A stretch of DNA of 64,000 nt from Candidatus Obscuribacteraceae bacterium (GCA_044226015.1 JBGAHS010000010.1:96001-160000), one strand, 5' to 3'; positions 9,857-20,060 are shown, counted from the stretch's first letter. A program made the numbers and translations. Notes: generated by a model not told the origin, from the sequence alone.

Positions 9857-10978
9857 TTAACGATTGGTTTTATTGTCGCCTGCCAGGTTTTTCAATGTTT
9901 CCAATCTTTTTGTCTGGGCTGCTGTCAAACTTGAGTCGTTAATCGATATTACAGATGGTATCACAACTGAGTTAGTCATCTGTGTCTGCATCCATTTGAT
10001 CAGATGCTCCAATAGGCTTTGTGAAAAAAGTCCTTCCTCCAGTACGAGATGCTCACCTTCCGCGTCAATAAGAAACGTCTTGTTCTTCACTGGAATTTCA
10101 CTGTATAGTCTTGCCACAGCCTGAGGTGAAACGAGATGATCTTGAAGTCCCTGAACAATTAAAACAGGTTTCTTCTGCTGTGTTGCATATCTGTCAGTTT
10201 TGGAAACGAAACTCAGAAATGCGCTTGCTTCGCGTGGAGTTAGTTTCAGTTTGTGTGAATCATCTGAAGTCCAGTGCTTGACCAGTGCACTATCGCTGGT
10301 GGCTTGCTTTACAACAGAACGCCCGGCTGGACCAGGATAGCTATTTTTTAACAAGAATAGCTCCACAACACCTTTTATAGCTGTTTGCTTTACCTTTAGC
10401 AACTTCCAGGCCGGTGCTGAGCAGACGATTCCGTCAATCAGTTCTGGGGACTCCGCTGCTATACGAATCGCAAGAGCTCCACCCATGGATTCACCTATTA
10501 AGAATATCTTGCTCTCAGGCTTTTCTTTTCTAATTGATCTCAACAATGTTTGGACATCGCCTACTGTGTCTAAGCAGTTCAACTTTGCTCTTTCGGCTTT
10601 ATCTCTATCGGGACCAAATCCGCGTACATTTATAGCGAAGCCATCAATTCCAGCGGCAGTGAACTTTTCTGCTAGCGGACTGTATGCTCTGGCACAAAGT
10701 CCTAGTCCGTGAATACAGACAACTGTGACTTTGGTTGGGTTCGGACTTTTCCATTCAAGAATATGCGTGCCTCCGATGATCACGCAAGAAGGGTCTTCTT
10801 TGCATACTCTCCCATATTTTGCAGTATCAACAGTGCATGGCTCTGCACTACAGCTGCTTCCGAGAAATAAGAGCGTGGCTGACAACGACACTAGCTTATT
10901 TACTGCGAGCTTTAACTGCACTTTCTCCATTATTTCCCTCGGGGCTGTCAGCGCACTAATAAAAGTGGGCGTGATCAT
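9857..10978 (-). CDS. Alpha/beta hydrolase (lysophospholipase/monoglyceride lipase-like), probably exported
   Basis: HGLG oxyanion motif, RGFG, GESMGG nucleophile elbow, QGLQDHLV, EH; start uncertain. Confidence 0.88.
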   Translation of the reverse strand: MITPTFISALTAPREIMEKVQLKLAVNKLVSLSATLLFLGSSCSAEPCTVDTAKYGRVCKEDPSCVIIGGTHILEWKSPNPTKVTVVCIHGLGLCARAYSPLAEKFTAAGIDGFAINVRGFGPDRDKAERAKLNCLDTVGDVQTLLRSIRKEKPESKIFLIGESMGGALAIRIAAESPELIDGIVCSAPAWKLLKVKQTAIKGVVELFLLKNSYPGPAGRSVVKQATSDSALVKHWTSDDSHKLKLTPREASAFLSFVSKTDRYATQQKKPVLIVQGLQDHLVSPQAVARLYSEIPVKNKTFLIDAEGEHLVLEEGLFSQSLLEHLIKWMQTQMTNSVVIPSVISINDSSLTAAQTKRLETLKNLAGDNKTNR

Positions 10979-11021
10979 ATTTGGTATTTCTTATCTCAAT
11001 TTGACCCGTGCTTGCCATATA

Positions 11022-11050
11022 AGTATATCGTTAAACAGTTGAATAGTAAA
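11022..11050 (-). promoter_or_regulatory. Sigma70-type promoter TTTACT-N17-TATACT whose spacer resembles that of the 9061 promoter
   Basis: Reverse complement TTTACT ATTCAACTGTTTAACGA TATACT; 13 of 17 spacer positions match. Confidence 0.6.
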
Positions 11051-11408
11051 TGCTTCCAGGGACTGAGAAGCAATCTTTTTCAAGAGATTATTTTGCTGGG
11101 TTGAGTTGAGCGTTGCTCTCGGCTGCCCAGAACAATTCGTGGAAACCGTCTGTTATTCACATGATTTTCACCCTATTGTAAGTATAGTCCTCTCAGGTTG
11201 TAGTACTGGTGTTTGGCATGCGTAAAAGCTCAATTTCGCACTGCGATTTCTCGCGCTCAGAGACTCTTAAATTCGCATTCCTCAGCTGTGTATTTGCACA
11301 GATGCAGCGCTCCGTGTACGGTGAAACGCTATTCATGGGGTACAAGCAGAAGCTTGCGTTTGCACAATTGCTGCGCTCCGCTCATACCGAGGGTGAGTTC
11401 TGCGCACC

Positions 11409-12626
11409 ATGAGTCAAAAGCTTGAATCTGCTGACAGAAATATTTTGAATCCTGCTTTGCCAGAGGAGCATTCGCTTGGTGGCAAGCTGCTAGCAGAAGC
11501 ACGCGATCTCGTTTTCGGTAAAGCGGCGAGCAAAGAAGAAAATGAAAGGCGCATTGAACAAAACGAAGGCCTTTCATCGACGCTTGCAAATATGGCTGCA
11601 TTGGTTCCCACCCGCTCTCGATTTTTAGGAGCCGGTATAAGAACTGCACTTCTTGCTAATCCCGATGAACTCAAGTCGGATCCTGGCAAGTTTTTGATGG
11701 ACTCAGGAAAGCACTTCTTTGAAGGAATGGTGCTGAACACGCTGTCCAGAGTGCTCGCATCTAAGATGAGTTCAGAGATCGATAACCGTGCTATACAGCG
11801 TTCACTGAATGTTAATTTAGAGGGAACCGCATCCAGAACGCCGCTTTCGTGGGGCGTAACGAATCGGCAGATCGCGGAAAACGAATTACTTTCTCTGAAC
11901 GAAGGTGTCAGTTCCTCTTTGAATTATTATCGAATTCGTGCGGACGGCAGCGTTCGGTCGCTTACACAAAGCAGATTCTTGAAAGAGGTAGCAGTTGAAG
12001 CGAGGAGAGCTGATGGCTTAATCGGCTACATTCCAGGCATCAGGCAATCTCCTGCTGAAGCTGCGCGTGATGCGATAGCGGTGAGCAATGGATCCAAACT
12101 CCCGGTAATCACTCTTGACTGGGCGTCAACCAACAAAAGTGAGGAAGGGGTTCTTTCAATTGTTTCCCAGATCAAAAAAGATGTAGATGCATCGACTGCA
12201 AGTCAGGGGTGGATCAACGACAGTGCGAAGACCTTGTTCGAAGGTTTTAGTGGGAGGAAGATTCTGGTTGGTCATAGCCATGGTGCGAAGTTGGCTTTTG
12301 AGACAACAAGAAGACTTGCTCAACAGGAGATCTATTTTGATGGTGTAGCTTTGGCTCACCCACACGACATTTCAGTGGACAACTTGAATTTGTTGAGTTC
12401 GCTTACTAAGAGGGTGACGCTAGTCACGGATCCTTTCGACAGAGCCCTGCGTGCTGAGAGAGGCTTTCTTGGTAAACTTTTTTTCGACAATTTAAGAGCA
12501 CCACAGGTGGACATTCAAGCTCTTGCGAGCATGAATGTGCAGCGACTAAACTTTATTTCTCGACCTGCTCAGGGATGGCTGCGGCACACGCCTGACTTTT
12601 ATCAGCTTGGAACAGCTTTGCACTGA
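11409..12626 (+). CDS. Hypothetical protein with a C-terminal alpha/beta-hydrolase-like domain
   Basis: ILVGHSHG elbow, DW, PFDRAL and RH motifs reminiscent of DUF900. Confidence 0.7.
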   Translation: MSQKLESADRNILNPALPEEHSLGGKLLAEARDLVFGKAASKEENERRIEQNEGLSSTLANMAALVPTRSRFLGAGIRTALLANPDELKSDPGKFLMDSGKHFFEGMVLNTLSRVLASKMSSEIDNRAIQRSLNVNLEGTASRTPLSWGVTNRQIAENELLSLNEGVSSSLNYYRIRADGSVRSLTQSRFLKEVAVEARRADGLIGYIPGIRQSPAEAARDAIAVSNGSKLPVITLDWASTNKSEEGVLSIVSQIKKDVDASTASQGWINDSAKTLFEGFSGRKILVGHSHGAKLAFETTRRLAQQEIYFDGVALAHPHDISVDNLNLLSSLTKRVTLVTDPFDRALRAERGFLGKLFFDNLRAPQVDIQALASMNVQRLNFISRPAQGWLRHTPDFYQLGTALH

Positions 12627-12676
12627 GCATGCCGGTAGCAACCCATTCGAAGGAGGGGAATCAAAGCTTCTCTAGA

Positions 12677-13216
12677 GGATCCGATCCAGTTGCTTCTGTT
12701 AGATCTGTGGGTTGGATCCGTGCGTTGGATCCGTAATCCATTCCGCTGAAACGACGACGTGGGATCCATTCTGTTGAATCGATGAAGTGGGATCCGTGCC
12801 TGAATCGATGAAGTGGGATCCGTGCATTTGAATCGATGAAGTGGGATCCGTGCATTTGAATCGATGAAGTGGGATCCGGGCATTGAATCGATGAAGTGGG
12901 ATCCGCGCATCGAATCGATGAAGTGGGATCCCTGCCTGAATCGATGAAGTGGGATCCCTGCCTGAATCATAACGGTGGCTCCGTGCATTGAATCGTTGAC
13001 GGTTGATCCGTGCATGAATCGATGAAGTTGGATCTGTGCCTGAATCATGACCGTGCCTGAATCATGACGGTGAATCCGTGCCTTGAATCGTTGACGGTTG
13101 ATCCGTGCATGAAGACGGCGAAGTTGGGATCCGTGCCTGAATCATGACGGTGGATCCGTGAATTGAATCGATGAAGTTGGATCCGTGAATTGAATCGATG
13201 AAGTTGGATCCGCGCC
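12677..13216. repeat. 26-28-bp tandem repeat (GAATCGATGAAGTGGGATCCGTGC..), about 18-20 units
   Basis: Direct repeats with about 15 GGATCC sites; lies between convergent genes. Confidence 0.95.
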
Positions 13217-14044
13217 TTAATTAGCAGTAGCCAGCTCGCTGGTATCGTAAGCCGTGGCTTTAGCTGCTGCAAAAATCACATCATAGCCTTTTCTCTGACC
13301 CACCACCCATTTCTTGAGTCCTTCCATGTCCATTATGGGGCGATGTGCTGGATTCGCATAATCCATCTTCATTAAAGTGTTGACGAAAGCTTCAGCTTTT
13401 GATTCTTCCAAATCTGGCAAAGCTGTGAAATTGCAATGCGAATATGGTGCTGAAGTCCAGAGGCAGCTAAATTTGGAATCTGCACCACCGGCGGTTAACG
13501 CAAACCACGTACTTTCTCCGATACAGCCGGCATCAGCTTTACCTTCTTCAAGAGCTAGCAGGACGTCACTCTCGCTTCGTCCTGTATCGCCATGCTTACC
13601 TACATCAGTATTGAACCTCACAGCAGTGAAATCCTTATCTGGAATCATACCTTCCAGTCGCAAGTAGTGCTCTGGCACCACCGCTGCCTGTGCGGAGTCT
13701 TTGCTGCCGAAAGCAACACGTTTGCCTCGGAGATCCGAAAGGACTTTGATTTTGCTATCAGCAGGAACAATGATCTTAGAAGTGAATTCTACATCTGTGT
13801 CTCTCATGGCGAGGATGCGGCTCTCTTTCTTCAGTCTGTTTTCCACTCTAACAAAAGCAAGATTCGTATTCCATGCAATGTCAATGAAGCCATCGAAGAG
13901 CGCCTCTACCTGTGCCTCGTAGTTTGAAAATAGCACGTAGTCGAATGGCACACCCTGGGCCACGAAGAAATCCCGAATACCTTCCCAGATTGGAACCACT
14001 TTTGCATCATATGCTACCGCACCAATCTTGATACTAGATTTCAT
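13217..14044 (-). CDS. PhnD/SsuA-like substrate-binding-fold protein without a signal peptide
   Basis: YEAQVEAL..G.IDIAW, LSDLRGKRVAFGSKDS and ADAG motifs; ATG 14044 after GAGGA. Confidence 0.82.
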   Translation of the reverse strand: MKSSIKIGAVAYDAKVVPIWEGIRDFFVAQGVPFDYVLFSNYEAQVEALFDGFIDIAWNTNLAFVRVENRLKKESRILAMRDTDVEFTSKIIVPADSKIKVLSDLRGKRVAFGSKDSAQAAVVPEHYLRLEGMIPDKDFTAVRFNTDVGKHGDTGRSESDVLLALEEGKADAGCIGESTWFALTAGGADSKFSCLWTSAPYSHCNFTALPDLEESKAEAFVNTLMKMDYANPAHRPIMDMEGLKKWVVGQRKGYDVIFAAAKATAYDTSELATAN

Positions 14045-14156
14045 TTTCTTTCCTCGTAGTTGAATGAATGCTCGAATTCTTATGATTGCAGCAGATAGTG
14101 CTTGCGCGATTTGCAAACATGTCGTCTGCCATTAAGAAATGGACAGCAGGGATCGA

Positions 14157-15299
14157 TTACATCAGGGGCAATCCTAAAGCGGCGCGACCAATCAAATCCA
14201 ACGCCATATCGTGGGTCGGAGCCATGACAATTCCTGCTCTTGCATCACGCAGATGTCTTTCAATAGAGAGTGCGCTGGAATACGCAATACCACCGCATAC
14301 TTCCATCGCTAGACTTGAGACCTCTACCGCAATTCTACAAGCATGCTGTTTCGCTTCAAGTAGCTTGACCAGGAGATCTGCTTCTTCTTCATCGAACGCT
14401 TTTGCTGCTTCACGACAAAGGGCTACGCTTGCGTCCAGCATAACCTTCATTTGCGCTACCTTATTGCGCAGTACGGGCAACATGGCGATTGATTCATTGG
14501 TGTGTGTGTGTGCGCGGCTCTTAACATGGCTTACGGAGCTTTCGAAAGCTGCCTGAGCTATGCCGTTATAAACCGAAGCGGAGCCCAAAAGAAAGCGCGG
14601 AAGAATGCTGCTCATTTCTATCCCCAGTCCTGCGCCCGCTTCTCCTAATAGTGCATCTGCTGAAACTTCGCAATTCTCAAGCTTCATTGCAATACTCGAG
14701 TTTCCTCTCAAGCCCAATCCGCTCCACTGTCCATTGAAGCTTAGACCCGGTCTGTCTTTCTCGACCACATAAAGTGAGGTGGTGATGCAATCTTCAGCCC
14801 CAGGTGCTCTTGTGCTCACTACGTAACTATCTGCGTGAGAACCTGACGTGACGAAGCATTTGTCTCCATTGAGAGAATAGCCGCCTGCTTTGTTGTCCGA
14901 AATGCTGTTACTGGCATAGAAGTTCGCTCCCGTGCCACGCTCACTGCAAGCTAGAGTCGATAAATGTGCTCCGCTGGCAGCTTGTTTCAACAATGCTTCT
15001 TTGTTTTTGTGGTGTTTTGATATGGTCTCGACCGCTGTGCAATGCATAACAAAAATCATTCCGGTCGATGCGCATCCAGCTGCAATCGATTGTGCTGTCG
15101 CTCTGAAAGTTTCTGCGCTTGCAGACTTGCCACCATATTGATGGGGAATCAATAAACCCATCAGTCCTTCTTTTGCTAGAAGTTCCAGGTTCGCTCTAGG
15201 AAAGGTCCCATTCTTGTCGGTGTCGGAAGCTGTTTTGCTCAGATCATGAGTTAATTTGTTCAAATCAATTGCGGAACTGGAGTCCACCGCTGCATTCAT
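14157..15299 (-). CDS. Acyl-CoA dehydrogenase family flavoprotein (atypical)
   Basis: GLLIPHQYGG, SE.GTG, LNGDKCFVTSG, GLRG, GGIAY and IERHLRDAR motifs. Confidence 0.88.
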   Translation of the reverse strand: MNAAVDSSSAIDLNKLTHDLSKTASDTDKNGTFPRANLELLAKEGLMGLLIPHQYGGKSASAETFRATAQSIAAGCASTGMIFVMHCTAVETISKHHKNKEALLKQAASGAHLSTLACSERGTGANFYASNSISDNKAGGYSLNGDKCFVTSGSHADSYVVSTRAPGAEDCITTSLYVVEKDRPGLSFNGQWSGLGLRGNSSIAMKLENCEVSADALLGEAGAGLGIEMSSILPRFLLGSASVYNGIAQAAFESSVSHVKSRAHTHTNESIAMLPVLRNKVAQMKVMLDASVALCREAAKAFDEEEADLLVKLLEAKQHACRIAVEVSSLAMEVCGGIAYSSALSIERHLRDARAGIVMAPTHDMALDLIGRAALGLPLM

Positions 15300-15603
15300 T
15301 TTAGAGCTCCTGCTTGGCTGTTGCAGCCCCTGTGGACTGCGATTACTGATGAGGGTCTAATTGTACAACCTTAGAAGACAAGAGTTGTACATTGTGTTCT
15401 TGCTTAAAGAGTAGGTATTGCCTGTACATTGTGTATTGCCAGAACATTGCATTCTTGCTTAACGTTACGCATTGCTTAAAGTTACGCATTGCTTAAAGCT
15501 TGGGTTCTTGCTCAATCAGAACATACTGTCTGTCTAATGGATTCTTGCTCACGCATGCCTGCTCCCCTTTGAGCAAATAGTCAGCGGACTTTATGCTAAC
15601 TAA

Positions 15604-15634
15604 AAGAAAGACGGCTCTTTGAACCGTCTTTCTT
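15604..15634 (-). terminator. Probable intrinsic terminator after the deaminase gene
   Basis: AAGAAAGACGG-loop-CCGTCTTTCTT hairpin with T tract. Confidence 0.7.
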
Positions 15635-15659
15635 AAGTGCAAGTCTGATGACCTGCTGC

Positions 15660-17201
15660 TTAGGTGTTGTTTACCAGGTCGATAGAGATCTTGTTGAGTT
15701 TCTCCATTGCTACTGGCAAATCTAGCGTTTCGATATTGCCGTTCTTAACTACAACTCTGCCATCGATTACTGTGTAAGCAGCATTTTGCGGTGTGCAGAA
15801 TATCAGTGAAGCGACAGGGTCTACCATAGCTCCGCCAGAAAATGCGATAGTGTTTGTGTCTACAGAGAAGAAGTCTGCACGCTTGCCTACTTCGAGTGAA
15901 CCAATATCGTCTCTTCCAAGTACTGATGCGCCGCCGAGTGTCGCAATTTCCAGGACGTCACGAGCTGACATCCAGGCTTTCTTATCTTCCGGTGGACCTC
16001 CTGGGTTTTCGCTGAGAAGTGTGCGTGCCAGAAGCATTGCCTGTCTTGCTTCGCCCAGAAGGTGAGAACAGTCATTGCTTGATGAGCCGTCAACTCCGAG
16101 ACCTACTTTGACTCCTGCATCACGAGCTTTTTTAATAGGAGAAATTCCGGATGCAAGTCTCATGTTCGAACATGGGCAGTGAGCAATACCTGAGCCAGTT
16201 TTAGCAAACTTCTGGATTTCCTCATCGTTGATATGCACTGAGTGAGCAAACCAGACCTCTGGTCCTAACCAATCGAATTTTTCCATAAGCGCTACAGGTC
16301 TCAGATTGTATTTCTTGAGCGTGTAGCGTTCTTCATCGAGTGACTCAGCAAGGTGAGTATGCAAACCGCACTTGTGTTTGCGTGCGAGCTTTGCTGATTC
16401 GGTCATCAAGTCGTCGGTAACTGAGAAGGGAGAACACGGTGCTAAAACGATTCTCGTCATGGCACCAGGGCTCATATCATGATATTTGTCGATTACCCGT
16501 TGACAGTCGTCCAAGATAGCTTTTTCTTCTTCTACGCAGCTATCTGGAGGCAGTCCACCCTTTGATTGTCCCAGAGACATACTGCCTCTAGAGGCGTGAA
16601 ATCTGATTCCCATGTTTTTTGCTACGTCGATTGCGTCATCGATTTTGCATCCGTTTGGAAACACATACTGTTGGTCAAATACGGTTGTGCAGCCGGAAAG
16701 AGCTAGTTCTGCTAGACCGACTTGAACTGCCAGTCTTTCGGATACTGGGTTCATCTTCGCCCACATAGGATAAAGAACTCTTAGCCAGTTCCACACATTT
16801 CCGTCCTGACAAGCAGGTACTACTCTGGTCAAGTGCTGATAGAGGTGTTGGTGGGTGTTTACCAGACCTGGTAGAACAAGATGTCCCTTCATATCTAGAA
16901 CTTCTTCCGCGGTATTTGGAAGCTTGCTTGTTTCATCAACTTGTTTGATTACGCCATCTTCGATGTACATACCGCCATTTTTTAATTCGCGACGAGTCTT
17001 ATCCATCGTGACAAGAACTGCAGCGTTTTTGACGAGCATTGTTTTTGGGCGTCCGCCTGCTTTCTTTTCAGCTTTAGCGGACTGCTGCACACCTACAGCC
17101 GTGGCCGCCGAAATAGCGGCTGCTCCAGCGAGAAAAGAGCGTCTGTTCAGTCCTGCGCTCTCCTTCTCTTTTTCCTTATTGTTCTTCGTTTGATCCGTCA
17201 T
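15660..17201 (-). CDS. 8-oxoguanine deaminase-like amidohydrolase with a twin-arginine signal peptide
   Basis: NTHQHLYQ, APCSPF, HTHLAE, AHSVH and GVDGSSSND motifs; N-terminal NRRSFL plus AKA cleavage site. Confidence 0.88.
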   Translation of the reverse strand: MTDQTKNNKEKEKESAGLNRRSFLAGAAAISAATAVGVQQSAKAEKKAGGRPKTMLVKNAAVLVTMDKTRRELKNGGMYIEDGVIKQVDETSKLPNTAEEVLDMKGHLVLPGLVNTHQHLYQHLTRVVPACQDGNVWNWLRVLYPMWAKMNPVSERLAVQVGLAELALSGCTTVFDQQYVFPNGCKIDDAIDVAKNMGIRFHASRGSMSLGQSKGGLPPDSCVEEEKAILDDCQRVIDKYHDMSPGAMTRIVLAPCSPFSVTDDLMTESAKLARKHKCGLHTHLAESLDEERYTLKKYNLRPVALMEKFDWLGPEVWFAHSVHINDEEIQKFAKTGSGIAHCPCSNMRLASGISPIKKARDAGVKVGLGVDGSSSNDCSHLLGEARQAMLLARTLLSENPGGPPEDKKAWMSARDVLEIATLGGASVLGRDDIGSLEVGKRADFFSVDTNTIAFSGGAMVDPVASLIFCTPQNAAYTVIDGRVVVKNGNIETLDLPVAMEKLNKISIDLVNNT

Positions 17202-17241
17202 TTATCCTCCCCGTTGATTTTATGTTCGCTCTATTGAGCGT

Positions 17242-19674
17242 TTAATCCAGTGTTTCCAAAAGCGCGTCGAATTCAATGATACTGGTGCGAAGTGTTGCTC
17301 GCAGGCTGTATAGCATTGTGATTCTGTTGTGTATTAGCTTGATTGTTTCCGACCACCAGTGGTGCGCTCTGCCTTCAGCTGATAGTTTTTCGACATTACT
17401 ATTTTTATTTACGTTTACGCCGAGGACCTTCGTACTCTTCCAGTACTGAATCAAAGCTTCCCGTCTGCTACCTGCTTCTGGCACCGTTGGTGATGGCGAA
17501 TTCAAATACCTCACCATAAGAGGCGACAGTGATTTGTATTCTGATTTTTGTCCGAAGACAGCAGCAAGTCCGTTGGGTTCAGCTTTGCTGGGGCGATATC
17601 CACCATGTCTTTCAAGCAAGGCGGTGACAGCCAGGCACGATACCATGAGTCCGGAAATGATATTGATTCTGTTTCCGTCAAGTACATATTGATCGTTTTT
17701 TGACAAACCGAGTGAGTCTGCCGTTACGCCGAGAAGTCCAATCTGATAGAAATTCAAAATGTTAGTCATTTGAATGATCATGTCCCTGGTTCTGATCATT
17801 CGGTCCATCACTTGCTGTTCTTTCAAGATTTGGTGGGAAACAGAATCGCAAGTTGACGCGGTGTCCAGATAACCTTCCAGTACGTCACGTGTTAAATTCA
17901 GTTTTTTTGCGCTGTCTCCAGAACCGCGAATTTCGTCAAGACTATTGGAGACATTGAGAAGTTCTGCCGCTGCTGCTACCGGTTCTCGGTTGCTCACAGG
18001 GCCTGCACCCCTAAATTGATTGTCGGCCGACCAACTGCCCCTGAGAAGTGCCAGTAAATCGCCGTCGAACTGTCCAAAAGTTTCTCTCAGAGAGGACAGT
18101 AATGCAATTCTGTTTCGTACAGTTTTGATGCTGTCCCATTTGCAGCTGGGCATGCTGCCCACCTTTGCCAGTGTGGTTTTGTTGTTCAAATTGACAGTGG
18201 AGACATCTTTTGTTTGCCACACTTCCATCAAGTGCTGTCTTCTCGATTTTCCGTCCTTTGAATGGGTCGAAGGAGAGTTAAGGAAGCTAGTGACTAGTGG
18301 TGAGTATTCGTTTTGCTTTGGATCCCGTAGTTCGAAAAAGTCGGCAAGTGAATTAGGTGGTCTTTGATTTTTCTTCCAGCCTCCGTGCGTTGCTAGCAAG
18401 GATATGGTTGTAATACCTAGCCCTATCGAGTCAGCAATAATAAATAACTCGTTGCCTGCTTTAGGATAGTGGTTTAAGTAGCTCCATCCAGCGCATGCTC
18501 CGAGTGTGCCTGTTTGGATAAAGTTCGCCTCGTATGTTTTTTGCAGGAACTTCCCTCGTCGAGCATTCATCGATGATAGAACTACATCATATTGATAATT
18601 CAATTCTTCCTGGCAGCGATTCACTGCAAGTTTCAACGTGAGATCTCCAGCTAAAATAGCCTCTAGAAGATCTAGCTGTAGCTCTTCTGTTTTTGCGCTG
18701 CGATCTTTTCTTTGCTGAAGTTCTCTTACTACTGATTCAACTCCAAGGAGCTGCGCTGCTTGTGATGCATCTGGAGATAAGCCAGGCAGCTGGACTGAGG
18801 TTTGCCCAGCGTTAAGTGTAGCGAACTGGGTGCCTCTTATCTCTGTCAGCAATGCGAGGATGTCTCTGTCAAGATCTTGAACGTACGTGTAGAGTGACCA
18901 GAGCAGCATCACTCTCGAGTTCAATACGAAAGGCGATTTTGATTTGCCGTCGTCGATACCGCAGAGACTTGATTTGTTTGCGAGATCTGCATGATAACGT
19001 TGTTTCCAGACCGCGTTCATTGCTTCTCGTCTTGTTTGATTTGCACCAGGCGCTGACAGATCGAAATATCGCACCAATAGCGGTGTCAATTGCGAACCGT
19101 CAACTGGCTTACCGTCAATTACTCGTGAAAGAAATTTTGGCGGAGCAAGGTTGTTCGCTTTGGAAAATTTATTGTAGAAGATGCACATTAGGGGCAAGCC
19201 AATACCCAATCCAGCACCAACGCTAGTGCAGACGGCAGATTGTGTGAATTGCTTGTGAATTCGACTATATGGTTCGATTGTGTACAGTATTCCGAACTGC
19301 AGAAAGTTGAAAACATTGAATAGTTGATTGATTGTGTTTGTTTTTCGTTCTTGTCTGGCTATGAGATCATATGCGTAAGCCATCTCGCTTTCGAGTCGAT
19401 TTTCGGTCATCTGCACTTGCATAGACGCATGCATGATCTTTCGCAGGACCTTCCCCCGAAGTCCATTGACCGCCGACATGTCGCTGTTGGAGTTCCTCTG
19501 ACGAATGATGTTTTCTGTTTCGCTCCGGATTCCCAGTAAGTCTGCAGTCTGGGCAGAACGCTCGGACAGTACTGTGTCAGTTCCCGCATAGCATGCTGTC
19601 AGAGGCGTGATTAATTGCGATATCAGCAGACAAGAAAGGATTTTTTTCCACGCAAGAGCTGACGGCGTTGCCAT
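17242..19674 (-). CDS. Secreted or membrane hypothetical protein made of three ~260-aa internal repeats
   Basis: Triplicated motifs A.LL(G/N), NF.Q.G, PL...(Y/F), RR....W, R..(L/M)L.SL. Confidence 0.8.
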   Translation of the reverse strand: MATPSALAWKKILSCLLISQLITPLTACYAGTDTVLSERSAQTADLLGIRSETENIIRQRNSNSDMSAVNGLRGKVLRKIMHASMQVQMTENRLESEMAYAYDLIARQERKTNTINQLFNVFNFLQFGILYTIEPYSRIHKQFTQSAVCTSVGAGLGIGLPLMCIFYNKFSKANNLAPPKFLSRVIDGKPVDGSQLTPLLVRYFDLSAPGANQTRREAMNAVWKQRYHADLANKSSLCGIDDGKSKSPFVLNSRVMLLWSLYTYVQDLDRDILALLTEIRGTQFATLNAGQTSVQLPGLSPDASQAAQLLGVESVVRELQQRKDRSAKTEELQLDLLEAILAGDLTLKLAVNRCQEELNYQYDVVLSSMNARRGKFLQKTYEANFIQTGTLGACAGWSYLNHYPKAGNELFIIADSIGLGITTISLLATHGGWKKNQRPPNSLADFFELRDPKQNEYSPLVTSFLNSPSTHSKDGKSRRQHLMEVWQTKDVSTVNLNNKTTLAKVGSMPSCKWDSIKTVRNRIALLSSLRETFGQFDGDLLALLRGSWSADNQFRGAGPVSNREPVAAAAELLNVSNSLDEIRGSGDSAKKLNLTRDVLEGYLDTASTCDSVSHQILKEQQVMDRMIRTRDMIIQMTNILNFYQIGLLGVTADSLGLSKNDQYVLDGNRINIISGLMVSCLAVTALLERHGGYRPSKAEPNGLAAVFGQKSEYKSLSPLMVRYLNSPSPTVPEAGSRREALIQYWKSTKVLGVNVNKNSNVEKLSAEGRAHHWWSETIKLIHNRITMLYSLRATLRTSIIEFDALLETLD

Positions 19675-20060
19675 GGGGATAACTCCGAAAAAGCGATACT
19701 GTTTAATTGGTAAGTCTGCATTACATTGAATGCAGCAGGCTCATCCTAGCACAGTGGATTGAAGGAACAAGTAGTCCGGCCATTTTTAATCTGTTCGGTG
19801 CCTTTGCTTAAAGAACTAATTCAGCCGAAAAGAATTGCTCCTATTGATTTCGGGGGGTAATGCGGGTTCCGAATCGAACTCTGTTGACTTCTGAGTTTGG
19901 CTGCTTCAAATCGAATGCTTTGCAACGCGTTCTGAACCGAATAGTTTTTTTTTGCAAATCACCTTCTGTGATAGTACCGATGTTGGTGCAGGATTAATGC
20001 ATTCGAGAGCCGCGGGGCTTCGCTGGGTCTATGTCGATGCTGGGCTATGCCCTTGGTGGA

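Noticed and set aside
12602..13272. Minus-strand ORFs with GSHFIDS/RIPLHRF repeats
   Set aside because: Unit lengths vary between 26 and 28 bp and switch frames, which argues against coding
15385..15500. Short direct repeats (GTACATTGTG twice, GTTACGCATTGCTTAAA twice) upstream of the ACAD gene
   Set aside because: Real but short; cannot be distinguished from the general slippage background, so not called an operator
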